Under the pieces are notes generated by a model, which was not told the DNA's origin, did no database searches, and saw only the letters and a list, made by a program, of their open reading frames with translations. The translations under genes and the position numbers were made by a program. From assembly GCA_963823035.1 (NCBI GenBank), contig CAWGKG010000013.1, positions 11,498 through 75,497 of the forward strand: DNA of 64,000 nt, in the 5' to 3' direction. The DNA comes from an uncultured Gemmatimonadales bacterium. GTDB lineage: Bacteria; Gemmatimonadota; Gemmatimonadetes; Longimicrobiales; Gaopeijiaceae. Shown here piece after piece: positions 10,080-20,117 of the stretch (position 1 is the stretch's first letter; each line of letters starts with the position of its first letter).

Positions 10080-11465
10080 TCAGCCCTCCACGCGCTTCAG
10101 AACGTAGTGCCCACCGCCCTGATCGAGGTGCAACGTCGTTACGCGCCCGTCGCGCCGCACGAAGAACAGTCGCGTCATGCCCTCGCCCCACGTCAGCCCT
10201 TCCCAGTGGGCGGGCCGCATCCCTTGCTGGGCTCCCTCCGGCGTGAACACCAGCTGGCCGCCATCCTGCGTGACGTGCATGGTGAGCGCGCGTCCGCGGG
10301 CCGGCCCCGCGTAGTCGCCCACGAACTCGCCTGGATCGCCCGTGAACGGAGTCGCCGCCGGCACCGGTGCGGGCCCCAGCACCAGATCGGCGAGCGCCTC
10401 CCCGAGCGCCCCCGGCCCCTTCGGCCCCGCCGTGTTCTGGAGCACGATCACGGTGAGATCGGCGTCCGGGTAGTAGCGCCCGTCCGAGAGGAACCCGTTG
10501 ATCCCTCCGCCGTGCGCGATCATGCGCCGCCCACCCGTGTCGTCGACCATCAGGCCCATCGCGTAGCGGATCGGCGTGCCGTCCTCCAACGGGCGGGGCG
10601 TCGTGAGCAGGCGGTAGGACGCGGCCGTCAGCACCCGCCCGTGATGCAGCGCCTGGTTCCAGCGCACCAGATCGCCCGCCGTCGAGCAGAGCGAGCCGGC
10701 CGCGAACGGCCAGGTGTGGTCCAGGTAGCCCTTCCGTCGCAGCCCGGCCGGGCCGGCGTCGTAGCCGTGCGCGCGGTCCTTCCTGATCGCGCTCTCCGAG
10801 CAGTAGTAGGAGTGATCCATCCCCACCGGGCCGAAGACGTGCTCGTCGATGTAGTCGGCGTACGGCTGGCCCGACACCTTCTCGATGATCAGCCCGAGGA
10901 GGAAGTACGCCGAGTTGTTGTAGATCTCGGCCGTGCCGGGCTCGAAGTCGAAGGGCTGTCGCTCGACGAGCGTGACCAGCGAATCGCGCGGGAGCGCGTC
11001 GCGCATGATGTCGCCGAAGACCTCCATCTCCGTGTAGCCCTTGATGCCGGAGGTGTGGTCGAGCAGCCGACGCAGGGGAACGCGATGCTGTCCCTCGTCG
11101 AACTCCGGGAGGTACGTCGTGAAGTCGGCGTCCAGGTCGAGCTTCCCCGCCTGCACGAGCTGCAGCACCGCCGTCGAGGTGAACTGCTTCGTCATCGACC
11201 CGATCTCGTAGCTGGCGCGCCCGTCGGCGGGCGTGGCCACGTCCCACTCGAGGTCCGCGCTGCCGTATCCGCGCAGGAGCAGCGTATCCGCGCCACGCAC
11301 CACCGCGACGGAGACGCCGGCCACCATCGAGTCCGCCGCGTGCGCGCGCGCCGCCGAGTCGAGCGCGGCCACCAGCGTCGCGCGGTCCGTGATCTGCGCG
11401 TGGAGGAGGGCGGGCGGCAGCGCGAGCCAGACGGCGAGCGCGAGGGGAAGGCGCCGCGACGTCAT
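10080..11465 (-). CDS. Secreted serine hydrolase, beta-lactamase class C/S12 family
   Basis: Signal peptide; IGSMTKQF (SxxK), LLDHTSG, YNNSAY, HGGGING. Confidence 0.9.
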   Translation of the reverse strand: MTSRRLPLALAVWLALPPALLHAQITDRATLVAALDSAARAHAADSMVAGVSVAVVRGADTLLLRGYGSADLEWDVATPADGRASYEIGSMTKQFTSTAVLQLVQAGKLDLDADFTTYLPEFDEGQHRVPLRRLLDHTSGIKGYTEMEVFGDIMRDALPRDSLVTLVERQPFDFEPGTAEIYNNSAYFLLGLIIEKVSGQPYADYIDEHVFGPVGMDHSYYCSESAIRKDRAHGYDAGPAGLRRKGYLDHTWPFAAGSLCSTAGDLVRWNQALHHGRVLTAASYRLLTTPRPLEDGTPIRYAMGLMVDDTGGRRMIAHGGGINGFLSDGRYYPDADLTVIVLQNTAGPKGPGALGEALADLVLGPAPVPAATPFTGDPGEFVGDYAGPARGRALTMHVTQDGGQLVFTPEGAQQGMRPAHWEGLTWGEGMTRLFFVRRDGRVTTLHLDQGGGHYVLKRVEG

Positions 11466-11902
11466 GGAATCTCCTCCGGCGTGTGCGTGAAGGGACTGAT
11501 GATCCGGAGACCGAGGATCTCCAGGCCGTCCTGAAGGTCTTCCGTGAGCAGCCAGGGGCATCCTGCGCGATGGGCAGCGGCGACGATCAGCGCGTCCCAC
11601 CACGAGAGCCCGAACCGATCTTCGATCTCCCAGGCGGTCTCGAAGGTATCGTGGTCCGGCGGACGCGGCTCCCACGCGCGAAGCGCGGCCACGTCATCGC
11701 GGGCCTCTTCACGAGACCGGGGAGGGTCCAGCTTTCGTGTCAACGTGACGTAGTACTCCTGCAGAACCTGCGTGCTCAGGCGCCCGGTGCGCTCGTCCCA
11801 CAGCGCAGCCATCCACTCCGCTGCGCGTCGCTGCTTTTCCTCGTCCGCGCGGTCGCGCACGTACACGAGGACGTTCGTGTCAACGAAGACCGGATCGGTC
11901 AT
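11462..11902 (-). CDS. vapC: PIN-domain toxin (VapC)
   Basis: VFVDTNVLVY...STQVLQEYY...WWDALIVAAA...LLTEDLQDG. Confidence 0.92.
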   Translation of the reverse strand: MTDPVFVDTNVLVYVRDRADEEKQRRAAEWMAALWDERTGRLSTQVLQEYYVTLTRKLDPPRSREEARDDVAALRAWEPRPPDHDTFETAWEIEDRFGLSWWDALIVAAAHRAGCPWLLTEDLQDGLEILGLRIISPFTHTPEEIP

Positions 11903-12133
11903 GCAGGTCGTTGCGGCCCGGGAGCGGCTCGCCTCCGGCGCGATGCACACGTGGGGACTGTGCGAAATAGCGCTGTCTGGCCACCTCGTACGCGTCCGCG
12001 CCCTCCATCTCTCTCGCAGGATCGCCCCGAGGAGCCTCGACACGCTCGTATCCCGCTTCGCGGCTTCGATCCGTGCCCAGCGGGCCGTCTCCTCGTCGAG
12101 CGTGACGGTCACGTTCTTCAGCTTTCTCGCCAT
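11880..12133 (-). CDS. vapB: Ribbon-helix-helix antitoxin (VapB/CopG-like), frameshift at GAGAGAGA near 12010
   Basis: MARKLKNVTVTLDEETARWARIEAAKRDTSVSRLL; alternative frame continues EMEGADAYEVARQRYF...RNDLHDRSGLR* and overlaps the vapC start. Confidence 0.8.
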
Positions 12134-12168
12134 GACACGATCTTCGTGTTACACGAGCTCCGTGTCAA
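12134..12168 (-). promoter_or_regulatory. vapBC promoter with two tandem ACACG-N5-CGTGT operators, probably leaderless
   Basis: TTGACA-17nt-GAAGAT-6nt-ATG; palindromes at 12135-12149 and 12151-12165. Confidence 0.65.
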
Positions 12169-12190
12169 GAACGCCGCGCCGTCCGGCCTC

Positions 12191-13246
12191 CTACCACCAC
12201 TCCTTCTGCAGCTCCTCCAGCTTCGCCCTCCCCGGGCACAGCTTCTCGTAGGGGAGGTCCACCAGCGGCGTCTCGACCGTGTTCTCCATCTCGTGCATGT
12301 CACCGCCCGACTCCTCCAGGAAGAGGAGCCCGGTCGCCACCTCACCACGCTCGCCGGACGCGCGCAGGTGTTCGAGCACGTTGCCGCGATCCGTCGGGTC
12401 GTAGTCCGCCGCCACCTTCCGGAAATGGACGACGCTGCCGTCGTGCATCTTCACGGACTGCACCGCGCCCTCGTCGTAGTCGGCCTTGATCTCGCGCCGG
12501 AGCGGCACGAAGTCCGTCTCGACGACCTCCTGCATGTGGAAGCGCGTATGGGCGTAGCTCTTGGTGGAGCCCTTGTGGTCGTTGAAGGTCACGCACGGCG
12601 AGATCACGTCCACGAGCGCGAAGCCGCTGTGCTTCATCGCGGCCTTCAGGATGGGCACGAGCTGCCGCTTGTCGCCCGAGAAGGAGCGCGCGACGAACGT
12701 CGCGCCGAGCGAGAGCGCCACGCTCACCGGGTCGATCGGGCCCTGCCGGTTGATCTCGCCGTACTTGGAGCGCGTGCCCACGTCCGCCGACGCCGAGAAC
12801 TGTCCCTTCGTGAGGCCGTACACGCCGTTGTTCTCGAGCACGTACAGCATGTTCACGTTGCGCCGGATCGCGTGGCACAGCTGCCCGAGGCCGATGGACA
12901 GCGAGTCCCCGTCGCCCGAGATGCCCACGTACAGCAGGTCGCGGTTGGCCGCGTTCGCGCCGGTCGCGATCGAGGGCATGCGCCCGTGCACGGAGTTGAA
13001 GCCGTGCGCCTCCTTGATGAAGTACGCCGGCGTCTTGGAGGAGCAGCCGATGCCGGAGAGCTTCGCCACCCGGTGCGGCTCGACGTCGAGCTCGAAGAAC
13101 GCCTGGATGAGCGCGGCCGTGACCGAGTCGTGCCCGCACCCGGCGCACAACGTGGACATCGTCCCCTCGTAGTCGCGCTGCGTCAGCCCCAGCGCGTTCG
13201 TGCGCATCTTCGGGTGCCGCGCGCTCGGCTTGGTCATGTACGTCAT
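12191..13246 (-). CDS. 2-oxoacid:ferredoxin oxidoreductase beta subunit
   Basis: LCAGCGH, SGIGCSS, HGRM, GDGDSLSIG, NNGVYGLTKGQ, SPCVTFN. Confidence 0.95.
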   Translation of the reverse strand: MTYMTKPSARHPKMRTNALGLTQRDYEGTMSTLCAGCGHDSVTAALIQAFFELDVEPHRVAKLSGIGCSSKTPAYFIKEAHGFNSVHGRMPSIATGANAANRDLLYVGISGDGDSLSIGLGQLCHAIRRNVNMLYVLENNGVYGLTKGQFSASADVGTRSKYGEINRQGPIDPVSVALSLGATFVARSFSGDKRQLVPILKAAMKHSGFALVDVISPCVTFNDHKGSTKSYAHTRFHMQEVVETDFVPLRREIKADYDEGAVQSVKMHDGSVVHFRKVAADYDPTDRGNVLEHLRASGERGEVATGLLFLEESGGDMHEMENTVETPLVDLPYEKLCPGRAKLEELQKEWW

Positions 13247-15072
13247 GAGAGGACCTCCGTGAGCGCGGTGCGCAGCCGGGGCCGCACGCCGTCCAGCACA
13301 TGCCCCTTGCTGAGAGGTTGGCCGCCGTAGTACCGCACGGAGACGAGCTTCGACTGCGGGCACCCTGTCTCCATCGACAGGAGCATCTTCAGCTGCGCGT
13401 CGCGGTTCTGCTCCACCACGAACACGGTCTCGTGCTCCTCCAGGAAGCGAGCCACATCCTCGTTGAACGGGAAGCCGCGCACACGCATGTAGTCGACGTC
13501 CGCGCCCTCGGCGACCAGCTCGTCGCGCGCTTCCATCACCGCCCAGTGGCACCCGCCGATCGACACGATGCCGTACCGGCCGCCGCCCTCCACCGTGTGC
13601 ATCTCGGGCGCCGGCACGTGTGCGCAGGCGGACTGCACCTTACGCGCTATCCGGTCGACGACCTCCAGATAGGCGTCCGAGTCCTCCGTGTACTTGGCGT
13701 GCTTGTCATGCCCGGATCCGCGCGTGAAGTACGCGCCCTTCGGGTGCTCGCCCGGAAGCGTGCGGTAGGGGATGCCATCGCCGTCCACGTCGAGGTAGCG
13801 CGAGAAGGACTTCATCTCCTCGAGCTCGTCGGCCGACAGCACCTTCCCCCGGTCGGGGCGGAACGCGTCGTCCCACCGGAGCTTCGGGATCATCCAGTCG
13901 TTCATCCCGATGTCCAGGTCGGAAAGCAGGAACACCGGCGTCTGGAAGCGCTCGGCCAGGTCGAACGCCGCGACGGCGAACTCGAAGCACTCCTTGGGAT
14001 TGGACGGATAGAGCACGATGTGCTTGGTGTCGCCGTGCGAGGCGTACGCGGACAGCAGGAGGTCACCCTGCTGCGTGCGCGTCGGCATTCCGGTCGAGGG
14101 ACCCGTGCGCTGCACGTCCACGAAGACCGACGGCACCTCGGCGTAGTAGGCCAGCCCGATGAACTCGCTCATCAGGTCGATCCCCGCGCCCGACGTGGGC
14201 GTGAAGGAGCGCGCACCCATCCAGCCCGCGCCGATCACCATGCCCGCCGCGGCCAGCTCGTCCTCGGCCTGCACGATGCAGTAGTCGTGCTTGCCGGTCT
14301 CGGGATCCACGCGGAAGCGCTGGCACCACTCCTTGAAGCCGTCCATGACCGAGGTGGCCGGCGTGATGGGATACCACGCGCCCACCGTCGCGCCGGCGTA
14401 CACGCACCCGAGCGCGGTCGCGGCGTTGCCCGTGACCAGCACGTGCTCGCGCGTGGCGTCCATGCGCTTCACACGGATGGGCAGCGGACAGTCCCACTCC
14501 TCGCGCGCCCAGTCGGCGCCCATGCGGATGGCCGTGAAGTTCGAGTCGATGAGGTTCGGCTTGTGGCTGAACTTCTCCTCGAGCATGCCCTTCACGACGT
14601 CCATCTCGATGTCGAGGAGGGCGACCAGCGCGCCGACGTAGCCGATGTTCTTCATGAGGATGCGCTCGCGCGCGCGCTCGAAGCGCTCCGCGCACATGCG
14701 TGCCAGCGGAATCCCGAGGAAGGTCACGTCGTCGCGGAGGATCTCGTCGTCGAGCTCCTTGGTCGAGTCGTACAGCACCCACCCCCCCGACACCACCTCG
14801 TCGATGTCCCGCTCGTAGCTCTGCGGGTTCATCGCGACCATGAGGTGGAAGTCGGGGCTGCGGGCCGTGTACCCGTCCCGGTTCACCCGGATCTCGTACC
14901 AGGTCGGTAGCCCCTGGATGTTGGAGGGAAAGACGTTCTTCCCGGACACCGGTATTCCCATCCTGAAGAGCGCCTGCAGAAGCAGACTGTTCGCGCTGGC
15001 GGAACCGGTGCCGTTTACCGTGCCGACCTTCAGGGCGAAGTCGTTGAGGCGGTCTCGTGCGTCGTGGGCCAA
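13243..15072 (-). CDS. 2-oxoacid:acceptor oxidoreductase alpha subunit
   Basis: YPITPAT, QAEDELAA, QRTGPSTGMPTRTQQGD; TTG start assumed. Confidence 0.95.
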   Translation of the reverse strand: MAHDARDRLNDFALKVGTVNGTGSASANSLLLQALFRMGIPVSGKNVFPSNIQGLPTWYEIRVNRDGYTARSPDFHLMVAMNPQSYERDIDEVVSGGWVLYDSTKELDDEILRDDVTFLGIPLARMCAERFERARERILMKNIGYVGALVALLDIEMDVVKGMLEEKFSHKPNLIDSNFTAIRMGADWAREEWDCPLPIRVKRMDATREHVLVTGNAATALGCVYAGATVGAWYPITPATSVMDGFKEWCQRFRVDPETGKHDYCIVQAEDELAAAGMVIGAGWMGARSFTPTSGAGIDLMSEFIGLAYYAEVPSVFVDVQRTGPSTGMPTRTQQGDLLLSAYASHGDTKHIVLYPSNPKECFEFAVAAFDLAERFQTPVFLLSDLDIGMNDWMIPKLRWDDAFRPDRGKVLSADELEEMKSFSRYLDVDGDGIPYRTLPGEHPKGAYFTRGSGHDKHAKYTEDSDAYLEVVDRIARKVQSACAHVPAPEMHTVEGGGRYGIVSIGGCHWAVMEARDELVAEGADVDYMRVRGFPFNEDVARFLEEHETVFVVEQNRDAQLKMLLSMETGCPQSKLVSVRYYGGQPLSKGHVLDGVRPRLRTALTEVLS

Positions 15073-16841
15073 GATGTGGTTCCTGCGTAGGGGACGAGGA
15101 GCTCGAACTTTCGCATGTCCCACGCGGCGGTGGGACAGCGCTCCGCGCACAGGCCGCAGTGCACGCACAGGTCCTCGTCCTTGACCATGATGCGCCCGGT
15201 CTGTGGAAGATCCTCGGAAGCGAAGATCGACTGCTTGAGGTTCTCGGCGGGGGCGGTCAGCCGGGTGCGGAGATCCTCTTCGTCACCGTTCCCCGTGATC
15301 GTCAGGCACTGGAGCGGGCAGATGTCGATGCACGCGTCGCATTCGATGCACAGGTTGGCGGTGAAGTCCGTCTGGATGTCGCAGTTGAGGCAGCGCTCGA
15401 CTTCGCGGGCGGTCTCCTCGACGCTGTAGCCGATCTCGGCCTCGGTGCCGATGCTGCGCAGCCGCTCCTCGAGGTCCACGTAGCGCATCGGCGTGCGCGA
15501 GGCCGGGTTGTAGTCGTTGGAATACGCCCACTCGTGGATGCCCATCTTCGTGGACAGGAGGTTCGACCCGAACGGAGGGCGGTCGTCCAACCTCGTGCCC
15601 TGGCAGTGGTTGTGGATGGAGATCGCGGCCTGGTGGCCGTGCTCCACCGCCCAGATGATGTTCTCCGGGCCCCACGCCGCGTCCCCTCCGAAGAAGACGC
15701 CGGGGAGGGAGCACTGCATCGTGCCCCGGTCGACGATCGGCATGTCCCAGTCGTTGAACTCGATGCCGATGTCGCGCTCGACCCACGGGAAGGCGTTGTC
15801 CTGCCCGATCGCGAGGATCACGTCGTCGCAGGGGATGAACACCTCCTCGATCGGCCGCGCGCGCTGCTTCCCCTTGTCGTCCTCGTACCACTCGACGATG
15901 TCGAACATCATCCCCTCGAGCTTGCCGTCCTTCACCACGTAGCTCTTCGGGGAGTGGTACTCGAGCACCTCGACGTGCTCACCCTCCGCGTCCTCCAGCT
16001 CCCAGTCCGACGCCTTGAAGTCCGCGCGGCCGCGGCGGGCCATGACCTTCACGTCCTTGCCGCCGATCCGCTTCGACGCCCGGCAGCAGTCCATGGCGGT
16101 GTTGCCCACGCCGATCACCAGGACGCGCTCGCCCACCGAGTCGATGTGCTGGAAGGCGACGCTCTCGAGCCATTCGATGCCGATGTGGATGCGATCCGAG
16201 TCGTACCGTCCGGGCAGCTCGAGGTTCTTCCCCCTGGGCGCGCCGACGCCGACGAAGACGGCGTCGTAGCCCTCGTCGAGGAGCCCCTTCATGCTCTCGA
16301 CCGCCGTGTTCAGGCGGACGTCCACGCCCATGTCGATGATGAAGCCGATCTCCTCGTTGAGCACGCGCTGTGGGAGTCGGAAGGCCGGGATGTTCGTGAG
16401 CATGAGCCCGCCGAGCTTGTCGAGCTTCTCGTAGAGCACGCACTCGTAGCCCAGCGGCATGAGGTCGTTCGCGACCGTGAGGGAGGCCGGTCCGCCCCCG
16501 ATCAGCGCGACCTTCTTGCCGTTCTTCTGTTCGGGGATCTTCGGCAGGCGGTGGTTCACCGACTCGCGCAGGTCCGCGGCCACGCGCTTCAGGCGACAGA
16601 TCGCGACGGGCTTGCCGTCCACGCGCTCGCGGCGGCAGGCCGGCTCGCACGGGCGGTCACAGGTGCGCCCCAGGATCCCCGGGAAGACGTTCGATTCGCG
16701 GTTGAGCATGTAGGCGTCCGTGTAACGCCCTTCCGCGATGAGCCTTATGTACTCGGGCACGTTGGTGTGCGCGGGGCACGCCCACTGGCAGTCGACCACT
16801 TTGTGGTAGTACTGCGGGTCCCGGGTGTTCGTCGGTTGCAT
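15030..16841 (-). CDS. GltD/SudA-like FAD-dependent NAD(P)H oxidoreductase with C-terminal ferredoxin domain
   Basis: CQWACPAH, CDRPCEPAC, IGGGPAS, GVGNTAMD; C-terminal CIECDACIDICP and CVHCGLCAERCP. Confidence 0.92.
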   Translation of the reverse strand: MQPTNTRDPQYYHKVVDCQWACPAHTNVPEYIRLIAEGRYTDAYMLNRESNVFPGILGRTCDRPCEPACRRERVDGKPVAICRLKRVAADLRESVNHRLPKIPEQKNGKKVALIGGGPASLTVANDLMPLGYECVLYEKLDKLGGLMLTNIPAFRLPQRVLNEEIGFIIDMGVDVRLNTAVESMKGLLDEGYDAVFVGVGAPRGKNLELPGRYDSDRIHIGIEWLESVAFQHIDSVGERVLVIGVGNTAMDCCRASKRIGGKDVKVMARRGRADFKASDWELEDAEGEHVEVLEYHSPKSYVVKDGKLEGMMFDIVEWYEDDKGKQRARPIEEVFIPCDDVILAIGQDNAFPWVERDIGIEFNDWDMPIVDRGTMQCSLPGVFFGGDAAWGPENIIWAVEHGHQAAISIHNHCQGTRLDDRPPFGSNLLSTKMGIHEWAYSNDYNPASRTPMRYVDLEERLRSIGTEAEIGYSVEETAREVERCLNCDIQTDFTANLCIECDACIDICPLQCLTITGNGDEEDLRTRLTAPAENLKQSIFASEDLPQTGRIMVKDEDLCVHCGLCAERCPTAAWDMRKFELLVPYAGTTSWPTTHETASTTSP

Positions 16842-17046
16842 CCCTGACTCCGTACCGCTTGGTCGTCACCACGCTTCCGATCGGTCGTACGGTCGGAAGT
16901 GCCGGGAGGGTCCCTCGTGGACCGGCGTGCGCCATATGCCGGGGGGCGACGGGGGTACGCAAGGAGCCCCGACGCCGGGGCGTGGACATCTTCACTGCGG
17001 CGCCGTGTGCGTTGCGCGCGCCGGCGCCGGAGAGGATCATTGCAGC

Positions 17047-17811
17047 ATGTTCCGCGCCACCGCCGCATCCGCCGATCCCGGGCGTGCTCCGCTCGCTCTC
17101 GACCCCGATCGCATCGTCGAGACGATCGCCGCGCTCGGACGGCGCATCCAGGAGCGCTTTCCCGGAAGCGGGCTCGGCCGCGTGTGCGGGACGCTCGAGG
17201 AGATCGGGCAGCGAACCAAGGACCGCCTCGACTGGGTGGCTCGACCCAACCTGTGGCTGCGCACCGGCACCTGGGTCATGGCCCTCCTCCTGGTCGCCGG
17301 CTTCATGGCGGCCGGGTGGGCGTTGGTGCAGGCCGTGCGGGAGACGGGGATCCAGGATCCGCTGGCACTGGTGGAGGCGGGGGAGTCCGCGATCCAGGAG
17401 ATCGTGTTCGTCGGCATCGGACTCGTGTTCCTGCTCACGGTGGAGAGCCGCCTGAAGCGGCGGCGCGCTCTGAGCTTCATCCGTGAGCTGAGGGCCCTGG
17501 CGCACATCGTGGACATGCACCAGCTCACCAAGGATCCTCATCGGCTCGCGGTGCTCTCCCCGGACACGCCGTCCTCCCCGAAACGTCAGCTCAGCCAGCG
17601 GCACCTGGGACGGTACCTCGACTACTGCTCGGAGATGCTCTCGCTCGCGTCGAAGGTGTCCGCCCTGTACGCCGAGCGGTTCGACGACCCGGTGGTGCTG
17701 CAGGCGGTCGACGAGGTCGAGGCCCTCACCACCGGCCTCGCCCGCAAGATCTGGCAGAAGATCATGGTCCTCGGCGAACCCGAGCAGCTGCCGGTCGGGC
17801 CTACCCGTTGA
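17047..17811 (+). CDS. Hypothetical membrane protein (two TM helices)
   Basis: Coding-like codon bias; two hydrophobic segments; LRALAHIVDMHQLTKDP, RYLDYCSEMLSL. Confidence 0.75.
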   Translation: MFRATAASADPGRAPLALDPDRIVETIAALGRRIQERFPGSGLGRVCGTLEEIGQRTKDRLDWVARPNLWLRTGTWVMALLLVAGFMAAGWALVQAVRETGIQDPLALVEAGESAIQEIVFVGIGLVFLLTVESRLKRRRALSFIRELRALAHIVDMHQLTKDPHRLAVLSPDTPSSPKRQLSQRHLGRYLDYCSEMLSLASKVSALYAERFDDPVVLQAVDEVEALTTGLARKIWQKIMVLGEPEQLPVGPTR

Positions 17812-18877
17812 TCTCGAAAATCGTCCGGTCCACCAACTCGAGGAAGGAAAGCGCCGCGTCCGCCTTGTACGCGTTGCACGCGTTGAAGTTGAACTTCCCC
17901 GACCGGAGCGTCACGTCCGGGTTCGACCCGTTCAGGCCCGCGATGAACATGCCCTCGACGATCGGGTCGTAGAAGGGAACGTCGCCGAGCGCCCCGGCGA
18001 GGATGATGCCCTTCCACGAAAAATTGAAGCCCGGCACGAACGTCCCGGCCACGATGAGCACCCCATGGCCGTTGGTGAAGTGCTGGGTGAGGTCTCCGTC
18101 GAAGCGCACGATCTTGAAGGAGTCGGCCGGAATCATCGTGAAGTCCGGCATCGTGTTCTCGAAGTCGACCGGGAAGCTCGGGCTGGTGAGGATGTCCCAA
18201 CGGATCCCCACCGCGTCGTACATCGCGTTGAAGCCCGGGTACCCCATGCCATCCGGGCTGCCGACGTAGGTGCCGGCCAGCGGCGGAGGCCCGACCGTAC
18301 TCGACGTCGTCACGCTTCCACCACGAACGAGACCGGCCGTCCCAGCCGTTCCACCTTCCGGGCAATCGCCCGACGTGGAGTGGTCGAAGCCGTTCAAGTC
18401 GGCCTCGACCGAGAAGCCGTCGTCGTAGGAGAGGTCGAGGGTGCCGCCGCTCACCCAGAGCGCACCCCGGAACGGAATGGGGTTGAGGCGACGCCAGGCG
18501 TACGTGCCGACGGAGCGGCGGGCCGGGTTCGCGGGCGCCGAGGGGTCGGCGACGGTGCCCGTGGAGCGGATGTAGTAGAGCTCGTTGAGCGGGTCCTTCC
18601 GCAAGACCCGCCGCGTCGTCACCGTGGCGATCCCGTCCCCGATGGCGTAGCTGACGGAATCGTCCACCTCCCCGATCTGCTCGCCGAGGAAGCGCTGCAG
18701 CCCCGCGCGCGCCGCGGTGAGCGCCTTCTGACCGTCGCGGTTCTGCGTGGAGAGCACGAGCTCCGTGCTCACCGCCTGGTAGCCCGTGATGCCGGCGACG
18801 GCGATGGCGAAGAGCATCAGCACCACGAGCGCCAGCGCGAAGCCGCCCCGTCCGTTCCGCTTCCCCGGATCCCTCAT
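17801..18877 (-). CDS. PilX-like type IV minor pilin
   Basis: RGG|FALALVVLML class III signal without Glu5, as in PilX/GspK; last gene of the pilin cluster. Confidence 0.75.
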   Translation of the reverse strand: MRDPGKRNGRGGFALALVVLMLFAIAVAGITGYQAVSTELVLSTQNRDGQKALTAARAGLQRFLGEQIGEVDDSVSYAIGDGIATVTTRRVLRKDPLNELYYIRSTGTVADPSAPANPARRSVGTYAWRRLNPIPFRGALWVSGGTLDLSYDDGFSVEADLNGFDHSTSGDCPEGGTAGTAGLVRGGSVTTSSTVGPPPLAGTYVGSPDGMGYPGFNAMYDAVGIRWDILTSPSFPVDFENTMPDFTMIPADSFKIVRFDGDLTQHFTNGHGVLIVAGTFVPGFNFSWKGIILAGALGDVPFYDPIVEGMFIAGLNGSNPDVTLRSGKFNFNACNAYKADAALSFLELVDRTIFEING

Positions 18878-19728
18878 CCGCCGTTCCTCAGGCTCACGTT
18901 CACGGACCAGCCGTAGGTGATGTCGGCGACGCCACCCGTGCGCGGCGGCCTGCGCACCTCCGCCACGATCCTCACGGCATCCACGTTCGCGAGCGCGCCG
19001 CCGGCCACCGTGTTCGCGTAGGTCGTCCCGCCTGTGCGGTACTGGAACTGTGCGGTGGGATCGACCCCGGTCACGAACTCCACCGGGGAGCCCCCGGCGA
19101 CGGTGCGAAAGAGCGCCAGCCGCGTGGGCTCCAAAGCCGAAGCGTCGACCCGATACTCCACCTCGCGGTAGAGCATGATCAGTTGGCCCAGCACCGGGGT
19201 GTAGCCATGGTAGGCGCCGAGCTGGCGAAGCGTCACGAAGTCGGACACCGCGCCCGTGGTGTCGGCCCCGTTGGCCGCGCATCCGGACGCCGGCGTCCCG
19301 GCCGTTTCCTCGATGTTCAGCCACGAACCGCCGTCGTAGTAGCTCCAGGCGCCGCCGATCGTGTCCCGCACGGCGAAGCCGGTAACCTCTTCCGTGTCCA
19401 GCCCTGGGAGCCCGCCTTCGAACTGGACGGCGACCCGGTCCCCGGGGCCGCGCGCGCACACCGCGGCAAGCACGATGGGCGAGCGCATGACCACGCGGTC
19501 GCCCTGCGCGACCTTCAGCCCGCCCCTGGTGACCGAACGGAGCTCGCTGGCCACGGTCTCGGTCATGACGCGCGCGGCGTCGTGCGCCTCCGTGCGCGCG
19601 AGCTGCGTCTCGTAGTAGCGGTTCTGGACGAGGAACACGGTGCTCACCAGGATCACGACCACGGACGACAGCGTGAGCGCCACCATCGCTTCGATGAGGG
19701 TGAAACCCGCCCGCCTCCTCCCTACCAG
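18874..19728 (-). CDS. PilW-like prepilin (probable CTG start)
   Basis: RRRAG|FTLIEAMVALTL; CTGGTAG overlaps the upstream W-stop. Confidence 0.8.
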   Translation of the reverse strand: MVGRRRAGFTLIEAMVALTLSSVVVILVSTVFLVQNRYYETQLARTEAHDAARVMTETVASELRSVTRGGLKVAQGDRVVMRSPIVLAAVCARGPGDRVAVQFEGGLPGLDTEEVTGFAVRDTIGGAWSYYDGGSWLNIEETAGTPASGCAANGADTTGAVSDFVTLRQLGAYHGYTPVLGQLIMLYREVEYRVDASALEPTRLALFRTVAGGSPVEFVTGVDPTAQFQYRTGGTTYANTVAGGALANVDAVRIVAEVRRPPRTGGVADITYGWSVNVSLRNGG

Positions 19729-20117
19729 TGCGCCGCCGCGTAGGAGGTCAGGGCGTAGGAGGGTCCCTCGCCCGCCGTGATGGGGGCGAGCGCGACGTCG
19801 AGCTGACGCAGCAGGCCGGTCACCACGCTCACCGACACCGTCTCGCCGTACCCGATTCCTTCGACCGTGAGCGTGTCCAGCGTGGTGCCGACCGTGAGCG
19901 AGTCGAAGGCGAGGGACTCGAGCGAGTCGAGCCGTTCCTGCGCACGCACGACGAGCTCCGACGTCGTCGCGGCGTAGCGCATCTTCCTGGAGAGCGCCCC
20001 GGTCAGATCGAGGACCATCAGGACGCCCACCGAGAAGATCACGAGGGCAGCGATGACCTCGATGAGCGTGAAGCCCCGACGGGGCCGACCTGAGGAACGA
20101 CATGGTTCCGCGCTCAC
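19722..20117 (-). CDS. PilV-like prepilin
   Basis: RRG|FTLIEVIAALVIFSVGVL; GTGA overlap with upstream stop. Confidence 0.85.
   Translation of the reverse strand: MSAEPCRSSGRPRRGFTLIEVIAALVIFSVGVLMVLDLTGALSRKMRYAATTSELVVRAQERLDSLESLAFDSLTVGTTLDTLTVEGIGYGETVSVSVVTGLLRQLDVALAPITAGEGPSYALTSYAAAHW

Noticed and set aside
11462..12133. Apparent 223-aa antitoxin-toxin fusion protein
   Set aside because: A plausible antitoxin C-terminus (…RNDLHDRSGLR*) lies in another frame, and the shift falls in a GAGAGAGA run, so this is most likely an indel artefact
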